Below are positions 34,304-45,767 of a stretch of 64,000 nt of DNA, one piece after another (the stretch's first letter is position 1; each line of letters starts with the position of its first letter). The notes beneath the pieces were generated by a model. It was not told the DNA's origin and searched no databases. It was given only the letters and a program-made list of their open reading frames with translations. This DNA comes from Rhynchopus sp. YZ270_cl-10 (taxonomy: Eukaryota): positions 1,054,001 to 1,118,000 of the forward strand of contig OZ037835.1 of assembly GCA_964035575.1 (NCBI GenBank), given 5' to 3'. Position numbers and translations under genes: made by a program.

Positions 34304-37300
34304 CACGACGGTGAAGTAACGGGTGTTACAAGTGGAGTTACAAGTGAGTTACATGTAACTTTTGTTACATGTAACATTACAAGTGCCACTTGTAATATAC
34401 ACGTATATTACATGTACCCATGTATATATTACACTGTACGCGCAGCAAATCCCTCATCCACACTCACGCAGAACCCATATTTCTCAAAAAAAAAAGACAC
34501 GTTTTTAACTATGTCCGTACTTCCAGCAAGCGGACTGCGCCAGACACACGGTTGTCACCACAGGCAAAGAAAGGAAAGTCGTCTGACCTCGAGGCAGATA
34601 ATCGAATCCAGAGCATGTTTGTGTCGTTCGCGGTCCTGGCCCTGTGGGAGGACAGACGCGCCCCTACCCTCAGTCTTCTCATTTTGTGGCTGGTGGGTAG
34701 GAGGGGGACCAGAAGAATGCACCGAGGTCCCAGGTCCTTGAACTGGACCAAGACACAGGCGGGCAAGCTCCGTCGGCGCAAGACGCCCTGCAAACGTCCG
34801 CCCTCTCCGGTCGCAGTCCCATGTCTTCGCAGGATAAGGGTTGCCGATGCTGTGGGAGGAGCGTGAATCCGGTCGTGTTGATAGCCCCAGGCTGTCAAAA
34901 CATAAAAAACACGGACCTAAAAGACGCGGAGGTTTTCAAGCGTCCAACGGTAGGCATAGCCCTATGTGAAGGTCACTACGAGACGATCCGGCCCACAGCG
35001 GAGGAGGGGGAAGATGTGTCGACGGCTTTGTTGAGGATCGCAGTCAGAGCGACGCTGAACCCCTTGGACCTGGATCTGCGCCCCATGTCGACCTCGAACC
35101 CCTCGGGGGAAGCTTTTGAGCTATGCTTGGGTAAGCCAGAGGAGGACTTCTGCTTCTGCCCGGTGGAGGGGTGCAAAAGGGGAATCATGGCACAGACGGA
35201 CGTGAAGTCTTTCACCCGCGATCAGCTTCTGGGGCACTTGAGACGCCACAAAGACAAGGAAGAGTAGGTGCCCGAACACATTCTGTCTTTCTTCGGCTAC
35301 AAAAGATGCGTCAGTGAGGACTGTTTTGCCCTGCTGAAGAAATCACAGAGCGCATGCAGGAGCTGTACACACCTCATGAAAAAGGTGCCCCTGCCAGGGA
35401 TCGAGGAACGCCTCACGCATGCCCTGAGGGAATGCCCACACTGGACATGATTGGCACAACCAGGTTCAAGCTGAAGGGGACTCACCAGACCTTCTCCATC
35501 GCTACACCCTTATCTTTCAGAGGGTTCTGCAGGAGATCCTGCAGCATCAGGATAAGAGGGCTTGGACCAAGTTTGCTGTGTTCTTCACCGTCCTGCACAG
35601 GGACCGTGGGGGTGGATGAGCTGGGTCACAAGATGCCAAACGGAGGTACTACAACTCCTGGAGACAGGACCTGAACTGGTGGGATGCGGGTGAGTGGTCG
35701 AATATGTGGGAGGAGCTCTGTCTGAAGTGCAAGCACGGCCGAAGTGGACGCCGGGTGACACGTTGGAGGCTCGCCAGAAACGTTCCCGCGTGAAAACGGC
35801 TGCAGGACTCCCTGGCCAAGCGCTGACCGCCCTCACCAGCGACGGCCTCGCCCCTCACGGACCGGAAACGTTGGCTAAACTGAAAGGTAAGCACCCAGCC
35901 TTTGATCCCCCTGTCGCCGCGTCCACTGGCCCCCTGAGGAACCCGTCCGGCCCGGCCGACTTCATCCCCAAGGAGGTCATAGCCGCGATCAGCAGCATGC
36001 CACGTGCCACTGCAGGAGGCCCCTCGAACCTCACCGGGTCCCTCCTTCGCACCCTTTGCAACCAGAAGCACACTCCTGGCACGCTCGCAGCCCTGTCGGC
36101 AGTGTTGTCTAGTCTGGCTCAAGGTAAAGCACACAAGGAGGTCGCGCCGTTCTTCGCAGGGGCCAAGCTGGTGGCCCTCAGGAAGGTGTCAAAAGGCAAA
36201 CCGGACGACGTGCGCCCGATTGCAGTTGGGGGTGTGATGCACCGTTTGGTTGGGAAGATCCTGGCGAACAGGCTGCGGAAGCGAGCGGCAGAAATTTTCC
36301 GCAAGGGGAACCAGGTGGGCGTGTCGACTACTTGGCGCCGAGGCAGCCACGACGATGGTTGCGCAGTACGCGAGGAGAAATGCTGGACAGGACAAGGTGA
36401 TTCTGAAGGTGGACTATCACAACGCTTTTAACACTGTTGATAGATCCACTTTCCTTGATGCGGCAGAGAAGCACATCCCTGAGATCTCACCCTGGGTGCG
36501 ATGGTGCTGCTCCGGCCGCACCTCCCTCTTCTATGGGGAAGACATCCTGCAGTCCCAGACAGGCGTGCAGCAAGGCGACCCCTTGGCCCTGTTCTGTTCT
36601 CTCTTGCGATTGCGGACATGACGGAACAGCTGAAGGCGAACAAAGCCCTTGATGGATCCATTTGGTACCTGGACGATGGATGCATCCGTGGCTCTCCTGA
36701 GGCTGTTAAGCATATGATGCGCTGGTGGTATCGAGCAAACGGGTTGGCCTGAAGGTGAACAATTCGAAGTGCGAGTTGGTGACACTCCGTGGCGACTCTG
36801 CAGCGGATTTGCGTGACAGGGGTTTTGACATCTGTGACGAGTCTGGTTCCCCTGGCTTCACCCTCCACCAGAAGAACTTCGATTTCCTGGGCGTCCCCAT
36901 CGGCACGGCGGAACACTGTAGGGAGTACATGCAGCGCAAGCATGACGAGTCGAAGCGGAACCTCGAGGCTCTTAAAGACCTCAAGGACTCACAGCATGCG
37001 TTCTACATCTTGCGCTTCTGCGAGGGGTTCTGCAAGATGGTATTCTACATGCGTGTAATATCATGTGTGGACCTAGGGGAGGACTACCTTCGGGACTTTG
37101 ACGCGGAGGTGGACAAGTGTTTGGCGGCGGTCCTGCACGATGAGCATGGGAAGATTTCGGAGCGGGCCCGCCTGCAGGCAGTGCTCCCCATCGCCATCGG
37201 AGGCTTAGGCGTCGCACTGCGGATCACTGGCCGGCAGCGGTCCTAGCGTCGCAGGCGGGGTGCCTCAAACTTGCCACGCAGTTGGACCCCTATTTTGAAT

Positions 37301-37563
37301 GGGACCAAACCAGGTGGAAGAATGCATTCGTCGTTTAAAAAAAAATTCTGTCGTACTGATCCGGGTACATGTAACTGGCTCCTCCCCGCAGACCGTACTG
37401 TGTTAAATACCACCCAGCCCCACCAAACACCACCAATTTCAGGCAGAATCAGGTGGTGGTACATGTAATATACATGTAACGTTACAAGTGGCACTTGTAA
37501 CGGTTTTTCACTTGTAACGTTACAAGTAACTTCACTTGTAATGCACTGTACTTCACCGTCGTG
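34304..37563. mobile_element. 3.26-kb TIR element of the same CACTA/CMC-like family carrying a retrotransposon fragment
   Basis: Same TIRs at 34304-34318 and 37549-37563, CA TSD, TTACAAGTG/CACTTGTAA subterminal arrays. Inverted relative to the adjacent MITE; no transposase ORF. Confidence 0.85.
34821..37245 (+). pseudogene. Decayed CRE/SLACS-like non-LTR retrotransposon ORF (C2H2 zinc finger + reverse transcriptase, 3'-truncated)
   Basis: CPVEGC...LLGHLRRH zinc finger and an in-frame stop at 35265-35267. RT motifs DVRPIAVG..HRLVGK, QVGV, LKVDYHNAFNTVDR, GVQQGDPLGPVLFSLAI, WYLDDG, GLKVNNSKCE and FLGVPIG span frameshifts near 36330, 36585 and 36720. Confidence 0.88.
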
Positions 37564-38207
37564 CACCCCAGCAAGAACGCCAAGGTACTCTCGTGCTGCA
37601 ACCACAGACAAGCTGAGGTGCCAGACAAATGCACGAAAGCACCCCACGGCTGGGCACGTCCCTGTTCTCCCTCATATTCTTTGCTGATCTGTTGGTTCAG
37701 TGTAGCTACCATTCAGGCAGTCTTCACTATGCAGAAAACACTCTCAAGAAAGGCCTCTGATCTGGGGCACAGTTGATGCGCTGCAACTACCAGGTTTTGG
37801 AGACCGTCACTCTGAAACAAATGTTAGACTTGGGTAGACAAACGTTTATTACATCAAACCTGGCCAGAAGTGGCCAGAAAACTCGAGTGTGCAGGTGCAC
37901 AATATATTTGCTCGATCTCCTTGGTGCAGTAGTTCACTCTTTGAATCATAATATAGACAAATCTCATGATGCAGTGTCAGCAAAACTGTGAGGGGGAAAT
38001 ACATGTGTGTCGTGTGGAAGCGAGGGGGAGGGATGTTCTGTTAAAAGGAGCCGTTTGTTGTTTTGCTTTGATGACTCTTTGGCTTTGCTGTTCTTCACAC
38101 TGTACTTACCCAAACACCCCACCTCCCCTCCCCAAACAAAACCCTTCTTCAGGAAAAGAAATCGAAACAAAGAATGCGTGAATCCCCCAATGTCGTACCC
38201 ACCCCGA

Positions 38208-39045
38208 CCCTATTCCCCTATTCCCCTATTCCCCTATTCCCCTATTCCCCTATTCCCCTATTCCCCTATTCCCCTATTCCCCTATTCCCCTATTCCCCTA
38301 TTCCCCTATTCCCCTATTCCCCTATTCCCCTATTCCCCTATTCCCCTATTCCCCTATTCCCCTATTCCCCTATTCCCCTATTCCCCTATTCCCCTATTCC
38401 CCTATTCCCCTATTCCCCTATTCCCCTATTCCCCTATTCCCCTATTCCCCTATTCCCCTATTCCCCTATTCCCCTATTCCCCTATTCCCCTATTCCCCTA
38501 TTCCCCTATTCCCCTATTCCCCTATTCCCCTATTCCCCTATTCCCCTATTCCCCTATTCCCCTATTCCCCTATTCCCCTATTCCCCTATTCCCCTATTCC
38601 CCTATTCCCCTATTCCCCTATTCCCCTATTCCCCTATTCCCCTATTCCCCTATTCCCCTATTCCCCTATTCCCCTATTCCCCTATTCCCCTATTCCCCTA
38701 TTCCCCTATTCCCCTATTCCCCTATTCCCCTATTCCCCTATTCCCCTATTCCCCTATTCCCCTATTCCCCTATTCCCCTATTCCCCTATTCCCCTATTCC
38801 CCTATTCCCCTATTCCCCTATTCCCCTATTCCCCTATTCCCCTATTCCCCTATTCCCCTATTCCCCTATTCCCCTATTCCCCTATTCCCCTATTCCCCTA
38901 TTCCCCTATTCCCCTATTCCCCTATTCCCCTATTCCCCTATTCCCCTATTCCCCTATTCCCCTATTCCCCTATTCCCCTATTCCCCTATTCCCCTATTCC
39001 CCTATTCCCCTATTCCCCTATTCCCCTATTCCCCTATTCCCCTAT
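38208..39045. repeat. (TATTCCCC)n microsatellite, ~105 copies
   Basis: Perfect 8-bp repeat in unit 4. Confidence 0.95.
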
Positions 39046-40564
39046 CCCCCCTTCTCGTGGCAAGACCGACAAACGAGAGCAAAAACGTAACAACACTTCA
39101 CAGAAGCTTCGGACCATGGTACTGCGGGTTGCCTCTGACGCATCGATGCAGATGCGGCTGACTGTGCTCTTGCCGGTTGCAAACGCACCGGCCTTCTATC
39201 ATTCTGAGCCTCTCCGTCGCTTGCGGCACTGCTCGGGAGATTCGTCTCTGCTACGTTTCGGACGTGCATCAACAAGCTCCTTCAGGTTGCTTTCCTGTAC
39301 TCTACTCGACACAGGGCTGCTGCAGCCGGAGAGGTGGATGCTCTTCAACGAAGTGTACAGGTGAGCAGGTAGTGGACCCATGTGCATGACGATGCCGAGT
39401 GGGGACAAGTCAAGCACTGTGAGGCTGCTGCAGCTGGCAAGAAAGCCACCACCGATTTTATAAACCATGCACAGCGGCGTCAAGTCTAGTTCTGTGAGGC
39501 TGGTGCAGTCGTTGAGAAAGGAGTCTCCTATTTGCGCAATATTCTCGAGTGGCGACAAGTCTAGTTCTGTGAGGCCGCTGCAGCCCTCAAGAAAGCTGCC
39601 GTCTATGTCTGTGACATTGCTAAGTGGTGTCAGGTCTAGCGTTGTGAGGCTGGTGCATCCCTCAAGAAACCAACGATCGATGTCTGTAACATTGCTGAGT
39701 GGTGCCAAGTTTAGTTCTCTAAGGCCCCAGCAGTTGGCAAGAAAGCATTCGCTTATGTGTCCAAGATTGCTGAGTGGCGACAAGTCTAATACTGTGAGGC
39801 CGCTGCAGCCATCAAGAAATGAACCATCGACTTTCGTAACATGTCTAAGTGGTGCCAAGTCCAGCACTGTGAGGCTCTCGCAGCCGTCACAAAAGGATTC
39901 ACCAACTTGTGTAATCCTGCTGAGTGGCGACAAATCTAATGCTGTGAGGCCTGTGCAGTTGGCAAGAAAGTATTGACGTAGTCGTGTAAGATTGGCGAGC
40001 GATGTCAAGTCTAGTTCTGTGAGGCCGCTGCAGCCATTAAGAAAGCAACTACCAACTATCGTAACCATGCTGAGTGGTGCCAAGTTCAGCACTGTGAGGC
40101 CGCTGCAGCCGTTAAGAAAACAGTCGCCTATGTCTGTGACATTGCTGAGTGGTGTCAGGTCTAGCGTTGTGAGGCTGGTGCACTCCTCGAGAAAGCTTCC
40201 GGCTACTTGTGTAATCCTGCTGAGTGGCGACAGGTCTAATACTGTGAGGCCTGTGCCGGTAAGAAAGCTCTCGCCAATCCGCGTCACATTGCACAACCCA
40301 GAGAGGTTGATACTTGTCAACGTTGAACACCCATCAAGAAAATAGTCACCTATTTCCGTCACACACAAAACAGCACTCAGATCAAGTGTTGTTAACGTTG
40401 TGTCTCCCAAGAAGCCATGCGGAATGACAGTCGCAACCTCCGCCTGCAGAAGCAAACACGCCACCTCAGGATCCTCCACACTCTCCAGCCTCTCTGCAGT
40501 GATGTCGGTCTCACCCAACTTATGAAGCTCTGCAATGGCTTGGTACTTCTGCGTCTTCGTCAGG

Positions 40565-42419
40565 TAGGGGTCCGTTTTAGGTCTCTGGCAGGCCGGGCCT
40601 TCTTTCTGTGGCCTTCCCAACCAAAAGACCCCCAAAAAACACAGGTACCTGCTGCGTTTAATGGCACTTTACCCCAGTCCCTGGAACAGATCGGCAAGCC
40701 GACCAGCCCAGGTATGCATGCCAACACTACTGGGGGTGCACTGTTCGATAGCATAAAAGAAAAGTCAAAAAGTCAAAAAGACAAGAAGGTCAAACAAAAT
40801 AGGTACTTCGAACAGGGCTGACAGGAGGGGATTCTCACCCGAGGTTCGGTGCCTGTCAGGCTGCGATTAGTGGTTCTGGGTGATTCCCTTCTTCCTAGCC
40901 ACCGTTACCGCGTTGCCCGCACCGTAAGAGAATGGGGACGGTTCACGACCGTTCGTACGCGTCAGTAAAAGTAGGGGTCGGAGTCCAGGCCCGAACCGGA
41001 AACATTAACCTCCGTTTTTCGAAACATTAAAAAGTAAAAATGAAAAAGAAAAATCAACAGCAAGAGCAGTGTTGTTGTAAAAGAAACAGCAGCACCGTCA
41101 GCTAACATGTCCACACAATATGGCAGACGGCCACACAAAATTCCCCTGATTTGTACAGAGAAAGTTGTAACTTCTTCCTTACAAGTAAGGGAGTGCCGGC
41201 AGGGAAGGAGTTACAACAAACAGTGAACAAACTCAAGTACCAGCCTTTCCGCGTAGCACAGACCCTACATTTGGTAGTTGGTCTGCCCTACTGCCTCATC
41301 TGCACCGTAGCTGGACGCCACGGCGACAACTCCTTCATCTATCAACGTACCAAAGCACGTGAAAATAGAACAAAAATAAACACAATGGAAAAACAGCAGA
41401 GCATGGACCTGCAGATCCACAGTTGTTTCACGTACAGTGCATACACCCTGAAAGCTTAACCTCTTCCTTCTAGCACAGACGTTGGTCTGCCCTACTGCCT
41501 CTTCTGCACCGTAGCTGAGCCACGGCGACAACTCCTTCATCTATCAACGTACCAAAGCACGTGAAAATAGAACAAAAATAAACACATTGGAAAAACAGCA
41601 GAGCATGTACCTGCAGATCCACAGTTGTTTCACGTACAATGCATACACCCTGAAAGTTTAACCTCTTCCTTCTAGCACAGACGTTGGTCTGCCCTACTAC
41701 TTCTTCTGCACCGTAGCTGAATGCCACGGCGACAACTTGTACCCACCTGCGAATGAATGTTCGCAGATCCCTTCTTCTACTAACGTATAAAAACGTAAAA
41801 ACAGACCAAAAACTACAACATGCCACACTGAATTAACGACAGAGCACGCACCTGCAGATCCACAGATGTTTCACTACGGTGTACACAGCCTGAGGTTAAA
41901 CACATAACACAAGAATTCTACTACGGCAAAAAGATGAAAACTGAACTGAACTGAACAAAACTACAACACACCACACTGAATACACAAGAGCACGTACCTG
42001 CTGATCCACAGTTGTTTCACATACAGTGTACGCACCAACAAAGCAACAAAACGTTCCCATGCGGTCAAACGACAACACAGGAACAGCAACAATATTCCGT
42101 CACCAGTAGAGACACCGGCAACGCTTCCTTCTTGTACCTGGGATCCCCTCATCGGCATCAACACACTCCCAGTCACCGCACAGGTAACAGATCCTTGAAA
42201 CCCCTCCGAAGGGGTTTGCGTAGCCTACATAAGCTGGTGATCTGCCCGAAATTGACTGTGATGTTGTGTTAATAACCAGGGTTCCCACATCGGCTTGTTC
42301 CTCCTCCGGTCCCGAGCGAATCCATCATTGGAGAGGCGGCCGCCCACGCTGACTCAGTACCATGCGAACACGGCGTCCAGGGGCCCCACTTGGCGGTTGG
42401 TCAGACGTTAATTGCCCCC
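40565..42419 (-). mobile_element. Insert B copy 2
   Basis: TSD TTCTGCGTCTTCGTCAGG at 40547-40564 and 42420-42437. Near-identical to copy 1 but with three internal ~200-bp repeats instead of two. Confidence 0.82.
42346..42419 (-). ncRNA. Putative HDV-like ribozyme (copy 2)
   Basis: Sequence identical to 33296-33369; the first G directly abuts the TSD. Confidence 0.65.
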
Positions 42420-43521
42420 TTCTGCGTCTTCGTCAGGATGATTGTGTCACCAGCACTCAGCTGCGTCATGTCCTCTCCTTCCTCCTTCCCTCCGAAGCCC
42501 ATGTGGAAGCTGTCCTCAGCCAACCCTGCTGCAGTCGCCACCTTCTGCCGCATCTCCTCCGTTGTGTCATCCACACCCACCTCGATCACGTACAAGTTGT
42601 CTGCACAGTCCTTGATGGTCAGTTCCATTTGTCTTCTTTTGTGTTGCTCTGTTGTGTGGTGGGGTTGTGGGGTTGGGGCAACGACGTAGAAACCCCTTGG
42701 CAGGCAGAGCCGTGCAACGACACCGCACGAAGCCGTCTCAGCCAATGTTTAGCGTACACATACATGCCGCATACGTCACGAAGTATGGCAGACAGGCACA
42801 CAAGCAAGCAGAGCGCTCCCACCGTCACCACTCACAGCACGCGAGTGTCCCCATCCCCACCAGAAGCAAGAGTGTCCCCAACCAGCCCTGAGCACGACGT
42901 CCTCTCCCGACCACACACACGCTTTGGCCCACCCACAAAGCTGCTCATCATTGCACGCATCACGCAGACGCACGATGGTAGGTGACTGCTTAGACGACCT
43001 GGGAGAAGAACACCCACCAGCTGCCATCTGCCTGAGGGCACAGACGGCACAGTGCCATGTCGCGAAAGTTAACCCACCACTGAATAAAAACACCACCCAA
43101 GATAGGCACCCCACCCCACCCACCCCAGCAGGTGCTCTCGTGCTGCAACCACAGACAAGCTGAGGTGCCAGACATGCACGAAAGCACCCCATGGCTGGGC
43201 ACGTCCCTGTTCTCCCTCATATTCTTTGCTGATCTGTTGGTTCAGTGTAGCTACCATTCAGGCAGTCTTCACTATGCAGAAAACACTCTCAAGAAAGGTT
43301 ACATGCGACCACGTGTGACTTGTCACACCTGTGCGCAAAAAATTGCAAAACCCGGAATGCGAATCGCAAAAATTCGCACTGCGAATTTTTCGCACTGTTT
43401 TTTCCGATTTTTCCTGGTTTACGAATTTCGTAGCAGAATACTACCCTGGATCACCGCATTTAAACCCATTTAAACATACAATGCAACGAGGCAGAGTCGG
43501 CCTCGCCAAGGCCTGAAAATA

Positions 43522-43594
43522 TATACTCAGGCGTGCCTGAGGCGTACTCGGGATTAGTTACGTTTAAGTACGCTTCAGGCACGCCTGAGTATAT
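43522..43594. repeat. Short inverted repeat (hairpin)
   Basis: ATACTCAGGCGTGCCTGA ... TCAGGCACGCCTGAGTAT. Confidence 0.7.
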
Positions 43595-43757
43595 TTATAT
43601 TTCTTACCAGCATTTTGGTCATGAACAAAAAAGTATTTCCCCCAAATTTTGTGGTTTTCGATTCAGAGGTAGCAAAATCTATTAAATGCGGGGTCGCACG
43701 ATGAAAAATGTGCCTCTGGGAAAATGGGAGATGGGCGGGGTCATATCACCCAGGGTT

Positions 43758-44308
43758 ACTGGCGAAGCCACGGTATGCAACATTTCTTAAAAATGTTGAA
43801 ATAAAATGGCACTTTTGTTGGTAACTATCGTCCAGTTCCGTAAATTTGACTTCCATATTTTGCTAAAACGAAAGTTTCTAGCGAAGCCACGGTACGCTAC
43901 ATTTTTTCTTTCGCCATGCTGCATGCTTCCTGTTCCGGTAAAATAGAAGAAAATTGTCTTCTAAAAATAGAATTCTGTGGGGGGTAGGTGAGAGGTGGCG
44001 GAGCCCCACTCCTCACCTAACCCCACCCCAGCCCCAATCCAAAACCCAAATTACCTACGTATGGACACGTATGGACACGTATGGACACGTATGGACACGT
44101 ATGGACACGTATGGACACGTATGGACACGTATGGACACGTATGGACACGTATGGACACGTATGGACACGTATGGACACGTATGGACACGTATGGACACGT
44201 ATGGACACGTATGGACACGTATGGACACGTATGGACACGTATGTATTCTACCTTTTCAAAAACAATTCACGTATGGATTTCCATACGATCACGTGGGCGT
44301 AATCCCTG
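43758..44308. repeat. Dispersed repeat containing an (ATGGACACGT)n array of ~18 copies
   Basis: 10-bp tandem repeat at 44057-44243. The whole segment matches 62420-62897 in inverted orientation, where the array has ~2 copies. Confidence 0.85.
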
Positions 44309-44840
44309 GTAAAAAGAAAGACAAAGACTATGCCCCGATAGTCAAGAAGAGGCAGGGTTGCTGAAAAAGAAAAGACCCTGAAGGCACAAAAAGGCCCCGT
44401 AGTCCCCTCCTCGCCTCCTGTCGTTATCTCTCAGATCAAGACATCGATTCGAGCGGTCAACACCTTCATAGAGTTTCATGAGGAACAGACCACCCCCGGA
44501 TGCAATTTAAGGCCCAGGACCTGAGAAAGTCGCTGTTTGGAAATGACTTCTCAAACCCGCATTGCACCTTCGCAGTTGCCCCAAGGGGCCAGCGCTTGGC
44601 TAACTCTCTCGCGCTGTGTGTGTCATATCCTCTATTGCTTGTTCGTCGGTCTGTTCGGCACCCCTGCTGTCACAAGGATACTTAGGCCTGTTATAACCTC
44701 CCGCCGTGCAACCAGCCGCACATGGCCAGTCTCGAAAGAGACTGGCCTTTTAAAAATTACCATGATCGTCTTGTGCACAGAAAACACACTCAAAAAATGC
44801 ATGTTTCACGAAGCCGCAGCACTGCCTCCACCCACACACT

Positions 44841-45120
44841 CCGCTGTCTCCACCCACCCCACGCAAGCAAGAAAGCCAAAGGTGCTCTCGTGCTGCAACC
44901 ACAGACAAGCTGAGGTGCCAGACAAATTGCACGAAAGCACCCCCACGGCCGGCCACAGCTTCCCTTCTCCCATCATTTCCACAAAACGATGCAGGGAAGC
45001 GCCACACCCAAACCCCCCACACTCACAACACTGTGCACCTCCACCTCCCTGCCCCCACCCAACCCAACCCACAGACCTTCACCGCAACAGGGAGAACACC
45101 CAAACCCCACATCAACCTGC
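44841..45120. repeat. Dispersed repeat, copy 7
   Basis: Near-identical to 2435-2712. Confidence 0.8.
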
Positions 45121-45767
45121 GACATCAGCACACTGAAGGCAGGTGATATCATCACGGCGATCCAGACTTAGCTAACATCCTGTTCACATGGGGTCTTGGG
45201 CACCATCCCCGCCCAAAAGGCCAGAACCACCGAGGGCAATTGACCCTAGTGCTAATCTGGGGCCAGGGCCCCAAGACCCCCAAGTAACAGGTACCCTTGC
45301 ACCCCTCTTTAAAACCTCCCGAACGAATCGGGGATCGGGTCCAGCACTTCACTTCAGCACTTCAGCACCACCACCACTTTCCAGGGGGATCGCGCGAAGA
45401 AGGCACGGGAGCCACATCCGTGGATGTCGTTTGCTCAGATTGCGGCATTCATTGGGGACCCAAGACCACAGTTTTCCTTCCTTCCACAGGTGCGCACACT
45501 AACCAAGGTGCCACCAACGACACCTGCCAAGAGAGGCCCTATGACGCACCAGCTCGAAGCAACGTTTATCGTTCCAACAAATTTCTCTATTACGTTGCGT
45601 ACATGTTCGGCTAAGTACGACTAGTACATGGTGGGTCCATACCACCTGGGTATCACACATGTCGGTACCTCTCTTGCCTCTAACGTCACACATAGTGCGA
45701 TGTGAAGCTGGAGAGAGAGAGCCCCACGCTTCATATCCTCAGGACATGTCAGAATGACACGTCATCA

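Larger units (their letters stand above)
39199..42628 (-). pseudogene. UBL + LRR paralogue 6 (unit 4), split by insert B
   Basis: UBL part at 42628-42420; linker + LRR part at 40564-39199. Confidence 0.88.
22012..43298. repeat. Tandem array of four ~2.7-3.5 kb UBL-LRR gene units (units 3 and 4 expanded by insertions)
   Basis: Unit start GCAAAACTG(TG)AGGGGGAAA at ~22012, 24891, 27631 and 37980; intergenic and coding sequences are near-identical between units. Confidence 0.9.

Noticed and set aside
22037..39364. ORFs with (PYSPIPLF)n repeats
   Set aside because: Translations of the TATTCCCC microsatellite, antisense to the real genes.
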